The notes under the pieces: model-generated
Told to the model about the DNA's origin: nothing
Seen by the model: only the letters and a program-made list of their open reading frames with translations
Database searches by the model: none
Part shown: positions 22,014-34,900 of the stretch, piece by piece
How positions within the stretch are numbered: the first letter of the stretch is position 1
How the letters are laid out: each line of letters opens with the position of its first letter
Program-made: the position numbers and the translations under genes
Assembly: GCF_018977255.1 (NCBI RefSeq)
Contig: NW_024705467.1
Span: 1-42,245, forward strand
Length of the DNA: 42,245 bases
Source of the DNA: Callorhinchus milii
Taxonomy: Eukaryota
Direction: 5' to 3'

Positions 22014-22666
22014 GGATCTGACCTTGGGCGGGCGGTGCGCGTGGCGATGCGTCGCTGGCGTGGCGTGCGGCGAGTGTACCGTGGTGCTGTTTGCCTGGTT
22101 GTTGTTTTTTGTCGATACCGCGTCGAAAGTGGCTCCAGAGAAATTGCTGAAGGTAGCATAAACTTGTTTAAAAGTCATTAGTCTCTGTCTCTCTCTCTGC
22201 CTCTCTCTTTCTCTACCGACGCGTCGCGTCCTCTACTCCGGTGCCACGGATGGTGCAGCGGTCCCTTTGTCGTTACGAAGGAGAACGAGGCTGACCAAAA
22301 AGGCATTGCTCATAGCGACATGCGATTGGTTTATTGGTAGTTACGGCGACATAATGAACGCACGCAATTAGAAAATTATCTTCTTAAGCGGTAAATATAA
22401 AAAAACACAATTTGTAATTATACAGACCGGACAGTGCTTGTGCATGGGTGCATAACAGGTGCTTTAGTGCTGGTTGCATTAACAAGCGTGGTGAAGTAGT
22501 AAATAGACCCCAAGGGCTGGCTGTGTGTGTGTGTACATGGTTGTGTTACCATTCGATAATAGACGATGCCCCAATGATCACAGTGTAGTGCAGTGGCGGG
22601 TGACGACGTAATTAGCACCAGGGAACCACATAATTTGTTTTACTTTACTCGGTAAGAATTTGTTGT

Positions 22667-22906
22667 TTTCTTTTCAGAAGCGACCTGGCCCATCACAAAT
22701 GATAGCCCTACGAAGTGGCTTATTTGTCATCATCATGATGTGGAAATGTATAGAAGCCAAATACTCTAAAAGGCGTGAGAAAAATCCATGCCACCTCCGG
22801 GAGAGAGACGCGCAAATATACAGCAGCAGGCGTCAGGGTCGTGGATCGAACCTACGACCTCCTGTATACCAGGCGAGGTAGTTAACATCTCGCCACCGCG
22901 ACGTCC
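22667..22906 (-). mobile_element. tRNA-derived SINE-like element, homologous to 5515-5823
   Basis: Minus-strand GGTGGCGAGATG...GGTTCGATCC boxes; shared body. Confidence 0.65.
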
Positions 22907-23905
22907 ATAGGCCTCTGAGCACACGCCTTACCTCAAAAAGTTTAGTTTTCTTGTATATATTGCTCAAGTAATTTGTTTCCTTTCTTATACTGTGCACTCC
23001 TATTGTGTTTGCATTGCTCGTTGTTCTGACCCCGTGCCTCGACTGGACATCTGTGATCAAAGAGCTTCACAGCTCATCGGATTCCTTCCACTAAACATTT
23101 CTATTCCGATTACCCGCGCTATAGATTGTCGGATGACATCATTCTGATCGGCTTAGTCAATATCCCGTGGCGTGATCAATGCAATGTTTCCGTTTTTGTT
23201 TCGGTCTGTTTGTGTTTCAAAGCAAGCTCGGAGCGAGCCGAGATGAACCCAGCAGCGACGTTGGGCGAGCGGCGTCCCCCGGCCAAGCCCCCGTCTCCTC
23301 CTCCTGCGGCGTCACGTCTAGAACTTACAGCCCTGCAGGTACACCGACACGTCGAAGTCCTGACACTTCGACTTCCAGCCATACCTGCAACGGAAGGGAG
23401 CCGCCGTTCGTTCGTTAGTTCATCCCGCTCGTTCGTTCGCTCGCTCGCTCTGGGTCAGTTCGTTCACTCGGCCAGTCCGTTCAGTCACCCCTAGTCCGTT
23501 CGTTCAGTTCGTTGTGCGTAGTGGCCCAGCCGCTGGTTGCAAAGAGTCGTGCTTCGAATCCGGGAGGCCACCATGGTTAACACTGCGGTGTGTTTTAACC
23601 CCCGACAATACTACGAAGCGTCGTCAAATTCACTCGCAGTGCGTTAGTGCGCGCTGGTGTCATGGTCCACATTTAAAACAAAAATCGCACCGCAAATGAC
23701 TCCTTTGAGATCCCACTGCAGCAGCTACCACCCCCCTCGACTGACAGACCGATACCCGCTCAGAGCGCCCGGTGCTGAATCCACCTGGTGCCTCACAGGG
23801 ACAGCTGCTACTGGGGGTGCCCCCTTGCAATGGCGTTGACACGCGATGCAAGTCTCTTATCGCGCGGGAATCTCCCCGAGACTCCCGAGTGTTGTATCAC
23901 ACAAC

Positions 23906-24061
23906 TAGAGGCCGACCGACATCCGGTTTCGGTTTCGGCGCCAAAAGTTGGAAAATGGCCTCTTTCGGCGTAGTTTCGGTTTCGGACGAAAGTAAATTTT
24001 TTACTTTCAGTTGACTTTCGGTTTCGGCCGAAACCAGAAATTCAGTTTCGGTCGGCCTCTA
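23906..24061. mobile_element. hAT-type MITE
   Basis: 14-bp TIRs TAGAGGCCGACCGA / TCGGTCGGCCTCTA, 8-bp flanks cacacaac / cacaaaac (7/8 match), internal ggtttcgg repeats. Confidence 0.85.
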
Positions 24062-24081
24062 CACAAAACTCAAACTCACGG

Positions 24082-24087
24082 TTTATT
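24082..24087 (-). promoter_or_regulatory. Candidate polyadenylation signal of the lysozyme-like gene
   Basis: tttatt on the plus strand = AATAAA on the minus strand, ~155 bp after the TAA at 24241-24243, followed by GT-rich sequence on the minus strand. Confidence 0.45.
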
Positions 24088-24240
24088 CGCACGCACACAC
24101 TAATACATGTACAGCCCTTTGTCAATCCACTGCTGCACGAAGACATCCTCACGTCGCATTGAGTCATGTGGAATTCTTTGACCATACTTCACCACCCTGG
24201 TCAGTGCGAGGACTGGTTCAGATATCACTCGTCACTGATG

Positions 24241-24309
24241 TTAGCCGTGGCAGGGAATTGAACTTAAATAATTTGTGGTCTTATGGTAACAAGTGAACCA
24301 CCGTGCCAC
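24241..24309 (-). CDS. lyz: Probable terminal exon (exon 4 equivalent) of the lysozyme-like gene
   Basis: Encodes VARWFTCYHKTTNYLSSIPCHG*, comparable to lysozyme VAWRNRC-x11-CGV* (here C-x12-C). It lies 243 bp downstream of the previous exon and is followed by AATAAA. The nearest AG (24311-24310) is one base out of phase; in-frame CAG acceptors exist at 24318-24317 and 24321-24320. Confidence 0.5.
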   Translation of the reverse strand: MARWFTCYHKTTNYLSSIPCHG

Positions 24310-24333
24310 CTTGACGCTGCTGTTGATCGTGCA

Positions 24334-24502
24334 GATGATGACGCTGATAATGATGTCGACAATGATTTGGCTAATAACGCCGATGATGAAGACGCTGATA
24401 ATGATGATTCCGCTGATGATGACGAGGATGATGCCGATGTGGATGATGCTGGCGAAGCTGCCCATGCAGATGACGATGATCCCGATGACGATGATGCCGA
24501 TT
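24334..24502. repeat. Degenerate (GAT/GAC)n low-complexity tract inside the putative lysozyme intron 3
   Basis: gatgatgacgctgataatgat... triplet periodicity. Confidence 0.8.
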
Positions 24503-24552
24503 CGTGGTGAGCCGTGCCGTGTCCTGCTGCTGCGTGCGTCGTGGCTACGCAC

Positions 24553-24628
24553 CAGGCCTTCAGTCCCTGCTGCTTGAGAATCAACTTGGCGCAGGCGACG
24601 GACTTCGTGATGTCGTCGTCAAGGAGAT
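24553..24628 (-). CDS. lyz: Internal exon (exon 3 equivalent) of a c-type lysozyme / alpha-lactalbumin family gene
   Basis: Minus strand: pyrimidine-rich tract ...ttgttcacAG | ATCTCCTTGACGAC...AAGGCCTG | GTgcgt. The 76-bp exon has phase 1/2 ends and encodes (D)LLDDDITKSVACAKLILKQQGLKA(W), matching the family pattern LLxDDIxxxxxCAKxI...GxxAW. Both boundaries sit where lysozyme c genes have introns 2 and 3. Confidence 0.85.
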
Positions 24629-24779
24629 CTGTGAACAACAGCGATGACGTTGAGAAGAAGCAGCAGAGCGGTGGCAGAGATGCGGAGAGTGGCACCGCTG
24701 AGCTCCTGGGTTCCAACGCGGGTGTTAGACGCTGACGGTGATTACACCGGCAGTGAGATGGTGGTCTCAGCCCGGTCAC

Positions 24780-25100
24780 CATAGACTCACATAGAGACCC
24801 ATTGACTTACACAGAGAACCATCGACTGAAGTAGAGACACATAGACTTACACACAGACACGTAGATTCGGATAGATACCCATAGACTTACACAGAACTGT
24901 CTACTCACATAGAGACCCATATACTTACACAGAACCGTCGACTCCCAGAGACCCATATACTTACACAGAGAACCATCGACTGAAGTAGAGACCCATAGAC
25001 TTACACAGATACATAGACTCACATAGAAACACAGACTCACACAGAAAGCCATGGATTAAACGGACACAGACTCCTCACACAGAGACCCATACACTCACAC
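24780..25100. repeat. Degenerate minisatellite (agact(c/t)acacagagacccat)
   Basis: Repeated motif visible. Confidence 0.8.
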
Positions 25101-25330
25101 ATCTAACCCTAGACCCACAAAAAAGCGATATTACATTTCTCAACATAATAGAAGTTTCAGGAAACGGGCCTTCATAGCACATCAAAAAGGCTTCGACAGG
25201 ACACGTCACGTGGCCTGTGGTCAAGGACAATAACGGAGTGGCAGCCAAGGAATAGAGAACGCGTCTGAGAAGACCTCCACGGTGGAGATGGAGTGGTGAG
25301 ATCAGCTCGTGCGGCGGTGTTGGTGCCGAC

Positions 25331-25750
25331 TTTTCAGTTTTCAGTTTCATGTATTAGGTATAGCCCTGTGAGCCATGCAGCTCTTGACTCGGGTGCAACC
25401 GCAACAAACAAAAACATGAACAAGAAACATCTTAAAGTGACGACACGCAACAGAAAAATCCAGGAAAAAACGGCAAAGTTTTCCAGAAAAAGCACAGTAT
25501 ATCAACACTGTGTGCAAAAATCCCAGTGGGATGCAAGTTAAACAATAACAACCATAATACGATTTAGATTAAAGTTATCAGGCTAACTCTGTACTTCAAC
25601 AAACAAACATGGCTAAACCAAAACGTTTTCAAAATCACCCAATAAAGCTATAAAAACAATGTAACAGTGACCATAGGAACTGTGATTCAAATTTAACAAT
25701 AAACGATATACATAACATGTACGACCAAACATTGCAGCCATAGCTGGCTG
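25331..25750 (-). mobile_element. LINE 3' UTR fragment, homologous to 4567-4850
   Basis: Direct homology; (TGAAA)-like tail on the minus strand. Confidence 0.6.
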
Positions 25751-25834
25751 CACGAGTCACTCCATAACAGCAGGAGCATCAGTAGCAGCGTGTGTGGCCG
25801 AGCGCCGGGCACACGGCGCCGTGATCTGGCCGAG

Positions 25835-25910
25835 GTAGGAGGGGTACAAAGGGCCCGGAGGAAAGCCACGCAGAGCAGAGGGAGAGCAGAGAGAGAGTCC
25901 ACTCAGAGAC
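25835..25910 (-). mobile_element. Degenerate V-SINE core fragment
   Basis: Minus strand ctctgcgtggctttcctccgggccc...ctcctac resembles the V domain TCTGCGTGGGTTTCCTCCGGGTGC...CTCCCAC. Confidence 0.5.
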
Positions 25911-25943
25911 GAGCCAGAGTGAGCAATAGACAGTGACCGACGA

Positions 25944-28900
25944 CAATGGCGATGATTATGGCGATAATGAAGACAATGACGAGCATAATGGCGATGACGA
26001 TTATGATGACGGTAATGAAGACAATGGCAATGATGACGATTATGATGACGGTAATGAAGACAATGGCAAATGATGACGATTATGATGACGGTAATGAAAA
26101 CAATGGCGATGATGACGATTATGATGACGGTAATGAAGACAATGGCAATGATGACGATTATGATGACGGTAATAAAGACAATGGCAATGATGACGATTAT
26201 GATGACGGTAATGAAAACAATGGCGATGATGACGATTATGATAACGGTAATGAAGACAATGGCAATGATGACGATTATGATGACGGTAATGAAGACAATG
26301 GCGATGATGATTATGATGACGGTAATGAAGACAATGACGATGACGATTATGATGACGGTAATGAAGACAATGACAATGATGACGATTATGATGACGGTAA
26401 TAAAGACAATGACAATGATGACGATTATGATGACGGTAATGAAGACAATGACAATGATGACGATTATGATGACGGTAATGAAGACAATGGCGATGATGAC
26501 GATTATGATGACGGTAATGAAGACAATGACGATGACGATTATGATGACGGTAATGAAGACAATGGCAATGATGACGATTATGATGACGGTAATGAAGAGA
26601 ATGGCAATGATGACGATTATGATGACGGTAATGAAGACAATGCCAATGATGACGATTATGATGACGGTTATGAAGACAATGGCAATGATGACTATTATGA
26701 TGACGGTAATGAAGACAATGGCGATGATGACGATTATGATGACGGTAATGAAGACAATGGCAATGATGACGATTATGATGACGGTAATGAAGACAATGGC
26801 AATGATGACGATTATGATGACGGTAATGAAGACAATGGCAATGATGACGATTATGATAACGGTAATGAAGACAATGGCAATGATGATGATTATGATGACG
26901 GTAATGAAGACAATGCCAATGATGACGATTATGATGACGGTTATGAAGACAATGGCAATGATGACGATTATGATGACGGTAATGAAGACAATGGCGATGA
27001 TGACGATTATGATGACAGTAATGAAGACAATGGCAATGATGACGATTATGATGACGGTAATGAAGATAATGACGATGATGACGATTATGATGACGGTAAT
27101 GAAGACAATGGCGATGATGACGATTATGATGACGGTAATGAAGACAATGGCGATGACGATTATGATAACGGTAATGAAGACAATGACAATGATGACGATT
27201 ATGATGACGGTAATGAAGACAATGGCAATGATGACGATTATGATGACGGTCATGAAGACAATGGCGATGATGACGATTATGATGAAGGTAATGAAGACAA
27301 TGGCGATGATGATGATGATGGCAATGAAGACAATGGCAATGACGATTATGATGACGGTAATGAAGACAATAGCGATGATGACGATTATGATGAAGGTAAT
27401 GAAGACAATGGCGATGATGATGATGATGGCAATGAAGGCAATGGCGATGACGATTATGATGACGGTAATGAAGACAATGGCGATGACGATTATGATAACG
27501 GTAATGAAGACAATGGCGATGACGATTATGATGAAGGTAATGAAGACAATGGCAATGATGACGATTATGATGACAGTAATGAAGACAATGGCGATGACGA
27601 TTATGATGACGGCAATGAAGACAATGGCAATGATGACGATTATGATAACGGTAAAAAGACAATGGCGATGACGATTATGATAACGGTAATGAAGACAATG
27701 GCAATGATGACGATTATGATGACAGTAATGAAGACAATGGCAATGATGACGATTATGATGACGGTAATGAAGACAATGGCGATGACGATTATGATGACGG
27801 TAATGAAGACAATGGCAATGATGACGATTATGATGACGGTAATGAAGACAATGACGATTATGATGACGGTAATGAAGACAATGGCAATGATGACGATTAT
27901 GATGACGGTAATGAAGACAATGGCGATGACGATTATGATGACGGTAATGAAGACAATGGCGATGACGATTATGATGACGGTAATGAAGACAATGGCGATG
28001 ATGACGATTATGATGACAGTAATGAAGACAATGGCGATGACGATTATGATGACGGTAATGAAGACAATGGCGATGATGACGATTATGATGACGGTAATGA
28101 AGACAATGGCGATGATGACGATTATGATGACAGTAATGAAGACAATGGCGATGACGATTATGATGACGGTAATGAAGACAATGGCGATGATAACGATTAT
28201 GATGACGGTAATGAAGACAATGGCGATGACGATTATGATCACGATTATGATGACGGTAATGAAGACAATGGCGATGATGACGATTATGATGACGGTAATG
28301 AAGACAATGGCGATGACGATTATGATGACGGTAATGAAGACAATGGCAATGATGACGATTATGATGACGGTAATGAAGACAATGGCAATGATGACAATTA
28401 TGATGACGGTAATGAAGACAATGGCAATGAAGACGATTATGATGACGGTAATGAAGACAATGGCAATTATGACGATTATAATTAACGGTAATGAAGACAA
28501 TGGCGATGACGATTATGATGACGGTAATGAAGACAATGGCGATGACGATTCTGATGACGGTAATGAAGACAATGGCGATGACGATTATGATGACGGTAAT
28601 GAAGACAATGGCGATGACGATTATGATGACGTTAATGAAGACAATGGCAATGATGACGATTATGATGACGGTAATGAAGACAATGGCAATGATGACGATT
28701 ATGATCACGGTAATTAAGACAATGGCAATGATGACGATTATATTTTAACGGTAATGAAGACAATGGCGATGACGATTATGATGACGGTAATGAAGACAAT
28801 GGCGATGACGATTATGATGAGGGTAATGAAGACAATGGCGATGACGATTATGATGATGGTAATGAAGACAATGCAATGAAGACGATTATGATGACGGTAA

Positions 28901-31900
28901 TGAAGACAATGGCAATGATGACGATTATAAACGGTAATGAAGACAATGGCGATGACGATTATAATGACGGTAATGAAGACAATGACGATGACGATTATGA
29001 TGAGGGTAATGAAGACAATGGCGATGACGATTATGATGACGGTAATGAAGACAATGGCGATGATGATGATTATGATGACGGTAATGAAGACAATGGCAAT
29101 GATGACGATTATGATGACGGTAATGAAGACAATGGCAATGATGACGATTATGATGACGGTAATGAAAACAATGGCGATGATGACGATTATGATGACGGTA
29201 ATGAAGACAATGGCAATGATGACGATTATGATGACGTAATAAAGACAATGGCAATGATCACGATTATGATGACGGTAATGAAGACAATGGCGATGATGAC
29301 GATTATGATGACGGTAATGAAGACAATGGCGATGACGATTATGATGACGGTAATGAAGACAATGGCGATGATAACGATTATGATGACGGTAATGAAGACA
29401 ATGGCAATGATGACGATTATGATGACGGTAATGAAGACAATGGCAATGATGACAATTATGATGACGGTAATGAAGACAATGGCAATGAAGACGATTATGA
29501 TGACGGTAATGAAGACAATGGCAATTATGACGATTATAATTAACGGTAATGAAGACAATGGCGATGACGATTATGATGACGGTAATGAAGACAATGGCGA
29601 TGACGATTCTGATGACGGTAATGAAGACAATGGCGATGACGATTATGATGACGGTAATGAAGACAATGGCGATGACGATTATGATGACGTTAATGAAGAC
29701 AATGGCAATGATGACGATTATGATGACGGTAATGAAGACAATGGCAATGATGACGATTATGATCACGGTAATTAAGACAATGGCAATGATGACGATTATA
29801 TAACGGTAATGAAGACAATGGCGATGACGATTATGATGACGGTAATGAAGACAATGGCGATGACGATTATGATGAGGGTAATGAAGACAATGGCGATGAC
29901 GATTATGATGATGGTAATGAAGACAATGCCAATGAAGACGATTATGATGACGGTAATGAAGACAATGGCAATGATGACGATTATGATTAAGCCGGTAATG
30001 AAGACAATGGCGATGACGATTATAATGACGGTAATGAAGACAATGACGATGACGATTATGATGAGGGTAATGAAGACAATGGCGATGACGATTATGATGA
30101 CGGTAATGAAGACAATGGCGATGATGACGATTATGATGACGGTAATGAAGACAATGGCAATGATGACGATTATGATGACGGTAATGAAGACAATGGCAAT
30201 GATGACGATTATGATGACAGTAATGAAGACAATGGCGATGACGATTATGATGACGGTAATGAAGACAATGGCGATGACGATTATGATGACGAGGGAGTAA
30301 TGAAGACAATGGCAATGATGACGATTATGATGACGGTAATGAAGACAATGGCGATGACGATTATGATGAAGGTAATGAAGACAATGGCGATGACGATTAT
30401 GATGACGGTAATGAAGACAATGGCGATGACGATTATGATGACGGTAATGAAGACAATGGCAATGATGACGATTATGATGACGGTAATGAAGACAATGGCG
30501 ATGACGATTATGATGACGGTAATGAAGACAATGGCAAGGATGACGATTATGATGACGGTAATGAAGACAATGGCGATGACGATTATGATGACGGTAATGA
30601 AGACAATGGCATGATGACGATTATGATGACGGTAATGAAGACAATGGCGATGATACGATTATGATGACGGTAATGAAGACAATGGCGATGACGATTATTA
30701 TGAGGGTAATGAAGACAATGGCGATGACGATTATGATGACGGTAATGAAGACAATGGCAATGATGACGATTATGATGACGGTAATGAAGACAATGGCAAT
30801 GATGACGATTATGATGACGGTAATGAAGACAATGGCAATGATGACGATTATGATCACGGTAATGAAGACAATGGCAATGATGACGATTATGATGACGGTA
30901 ATGAAGACAATGGCAATGATGACGATTATGATGACGGTAATGAAGACAATGGCAATGATGACGATTATGATGACGGTAATGAAGACAATGGCGATGACGA
31001 TTATGATGAGGGTAATGAAGACAATGGCAATGATGACGATTATGATGACGGTAATGAAGACAATGGCGATGACGATTATGATGACGGTAATGAAGACAAT
31101 GGCGATGACGATTATGATGACGGTAATGAAGACAATGGCATGGATGACGATTATGATGACGGTAATGAAGACAATGGCGATGACGATTATGATGACGGTA
31201 ATGAAGACAATGGCAATGATGACGATTATGATGACGGTAATGAAGACAATGGCAATGATGACGATTATGATGACGGTAATGAAGACAATGGCAATGATGA
31301 CGATTATGATGACGGTAATGAAGACAATGGCGATGACGATTATGATGACGGTAATGAAGACAATGGCGATGACGATTATGATGACGGTAATGAAGACAAT
31401 GGCGATGAAGATTATGATGACGGTAATGAAGACAATGGCGATGACGATTATGATGACGGTAATGAAGACAATGGCGATGACGATTATGATGACGGTAATG
31501 AAGACAATAGCGATGACGATTATGATGAAGGTAATGAAGACAATGGCGATGACGATTATGATGACGGTAATGAAGACAATAGCGATGACGATTATTATGA
31601 GGGTAATGAAGACAATGGCGATGACGATTATGATGACAGTAATGAAGACAATGGCAATGATGACGATTATGATGACGGTAATGAAGACAATGGCAATGAT
31701 GACGATTATGATGACGGTAATGAAGACAATGGCAATGATGACGATTATGATGACGGTAATGAAGACAATGGCAATGATGACGATTATGATGACAGTAATG
31801 AAGACAATTGCAATGATGACGATTATGATGACGGTAATGAAGACAATGGCGATGACGATTATGATGACGGTAATGAAGACAATAGCGATGACGATTATGA

Positions 31901-34900
31901 TGAGGGTAATGAAGACAATAGCGATGACGATTATGATGAAGGTAATAAAGACAATGGCGATGACGATTATGATGACGGTAATGAAGACAATAGCGGATGA
32001 ATGACGATTATGATGAGGGTAATGAAGACAATAGCGATGACGATTATGATGAAGGTAATGAAGACAATGGCGATGACGATTATGATGACGGTAATGAAGA
32101 CAATGGCGATGACGATTATGATGACGGTAATGAAGACAATGGCGATGACGATTATGATGAGTAATGAAGACAATGGCAATGATGACGATTATGATGACGG
32201 TAATGAAGACAATGGCGATGACGATTATGATGATGGTAATGAAGACAATGGCGATGACGATTATGATGAAGGTAATGAAGACAATGGCGATGACGATTAT
32301 GATGACGGTAATGAAGACAATGGCGATGACGATTATGATGACGGTAATGAAGACAATAGCGATGATGATTATGATGAGGGTAATGAAGACAATAGCGATG
32401 ACGATTATGATGAAGGTAATGAAGACAATGGCGATGACGATTATGATGACGGTAATGAAGACAATGGCGATGACGATTATTATGAGGGTAATGAAGACAA
32501 TAGCGATGACGATTATGATGACAGTAATGAAGACAATGGCAATGATGACGATTATGATGACGGTAATGAAGACAATGGCAATGATGACGATTATGATGAC
32601 GGTAATGAAGACAATGGCAATGATGACGATTATGATGACGGTAATGAAGACAATGGCAATGATGACGATTATGATGATCGTAATGAAGACAATTGGCAAT
32701 GATGACGATTATGATGACGGTAATGAAGACAATGGCGATGACGATTATGATAACGGTAATGAAGACAATGGCGATGACGATTATGATGAGGGTAATGAAG
32801 ACAATGGCAATGATGACGATTATGATGACGGTAATGAAGACAATGGCGATGACGATTATGATAACGGTAATGAAGACAATGGCGATGACGATTATGACGA
32901 GGGTAATGAAGACAATGGCAATGATGACGATTATGATGACGGTAATGAAGACAATGGCGATGACGATTATGATGACGGTAATGAAGACAATGGCGATGAC
33001 GATTATGATGACGGTAATGAAGACAATGGCGATGACGATTATTATGACGGTAATGAAGACAATGGCAATGATGACGATTATGATGACGGTAATGAAGACA
33101 ATGGCGATGACGATTATGATGACGGTAATGAAGACAATGGCGATGACGATTATGATGACGGTAATGAAGACAATGGCGATGACAATTATGATGAGGTAAT
33201 GAAGACAATAGCGATGACGATTATGATGAGGTAATGAAGACAATGCGATGACGATTATGATGACGGTAATGAAGACAATGGCGATGACGATTATGATGAG
33301 GTAAAAAGACAATGGCGATGACGATTATGATGACGGTAATGAAGACAATGCATGAGACGATTATGATGACGGTAATGAAGACAATGGCAATGATGACGAT
33401 TATGATGACGGTAATGAAGACAATGGCAATGATGACGATTATGACGGTAATGAAGACAATGGCAATGATGACGATTATGATGACGGTAATGAAGACAATG
33501 CGATGACGATTATGATGACGGTAATGAAGACAATGGCAGATGATGACGATTATGATGACGGTTATGAAGACAATGGCGATGACGATTATGATGAGTAATG
33601 AAGACAATGGCAATGATGACGATTAGGTAATGAAGACAATGGCGATGACGATTATGATAACGGTAATGAAGACAATGGCGATGACGATTATGACGAGGGT
33701 AATGAAGACAATGGCGATGACGATTATGATGACGGTAATGAAGACAATGGCGATGACGATTATGATAACGGTAATGAAGACAATGGCGATGACGATTATG
33801 ATGACGGTAATGAAGACAATGGCGATGACGATTATGATGACGGTAATGAAGACAATGGCAATGATGACGATTATGATGACGGTAATGAAGACAATGGCGA
33901 TGACGATTATGATGACGGTAATGAAGACAATGGCGATGACGATTATGATGACGGTAATGAAGACAATGGCGATGATGATTATGATGAGGGTAATGAAGAC
34001 AATAGCGATGACGATTATGATGAAGGTAATAAAGACAATGGCGATGACGATTATGATGACGGTAATGAAGACAATAGCGATGACGATTATGTTGAGGGTA
34101 ATGAAGACAATAGCGATGACGATTATGATGACGGTAATGAAGACAATGGCAATGATGACGATTATGATGACGGTAATGAAGACAATGGCAATGATGACGA
34201 TTATGATGACGGTAATGAAGACAATGGCAATGATGACGATTATGATGACGGTAATGAAGACAATGGCAATGATGACGATTATGATGATGTAATGAAGACA
34301 ATTGCAATGATGACGATTATGATGACGGTAATGAAGACAATGGCAATGATGACGATTATGATAACGGTAATGAAGACAATGGCGATGACGATTATGATGA
34401 GGGTAATGAAGACAATGGCAATGATGACGATTATGATGACGGTAATGAAGACAATGGCGATGACGATTATGATGACGGTAATGAAGACAATGGCGATGAC
34501 GATTATGATGACGGTAATGAAGACAATGGCAATGATGACGATTATGATGACGGTAATGAAGACAATGGCGATGACGATTATGATGACGGTAATGAAGACA
34601 ATGGCAATGATGACGATTATGATGACGGTAATGAAGACAATGGCAATGATGACGATTATGATGACGGTAATGAAGACAATGGCAATGATGACGATTATGA
34701 TGACGGTAATGAAGACAATGGCGATGACGATTATGATGACGGTAATGAAGACAATGGCGATGACGATTATGATGATGGTAATGAAGACAATGGCGATGAA
34801 GATTATGATGACGGTAATGAAGACAATAGCGATGACGATTATGATGAGGTAATGAAGACAATGGCGATGACGATTATGATGAGGGTAATGAAGACAATGG

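Larger units (their letters stand above)
17040..22178 (+). mobile_element. Decayed Tx1-clade (L1 group) non-LTR retrotransposon; 5' boundary approximate
   Basis: ORF1 C-terminus, APE endonuclease, RT and C-terminal motifs in order; the 3' end aaacttgtttaaaagtc abuts a TC-rich microsatellite. Confidence 0.9.

Noticed and set aside
24098..24197. Alternative lysozyme last exon (ag|G GTG GTG AAG TAT...)
   Set aside because: In phase, but the peptide VVKYGQRIPHDS... has no cysteines or family similarity; more likely 3' UTR.
24264..24782. 172-aa ORF as a single-exon gene
   Set aside because: Only the 76-bp spliceable segment has family similarity; the rest is intron and low-complexity sequence.
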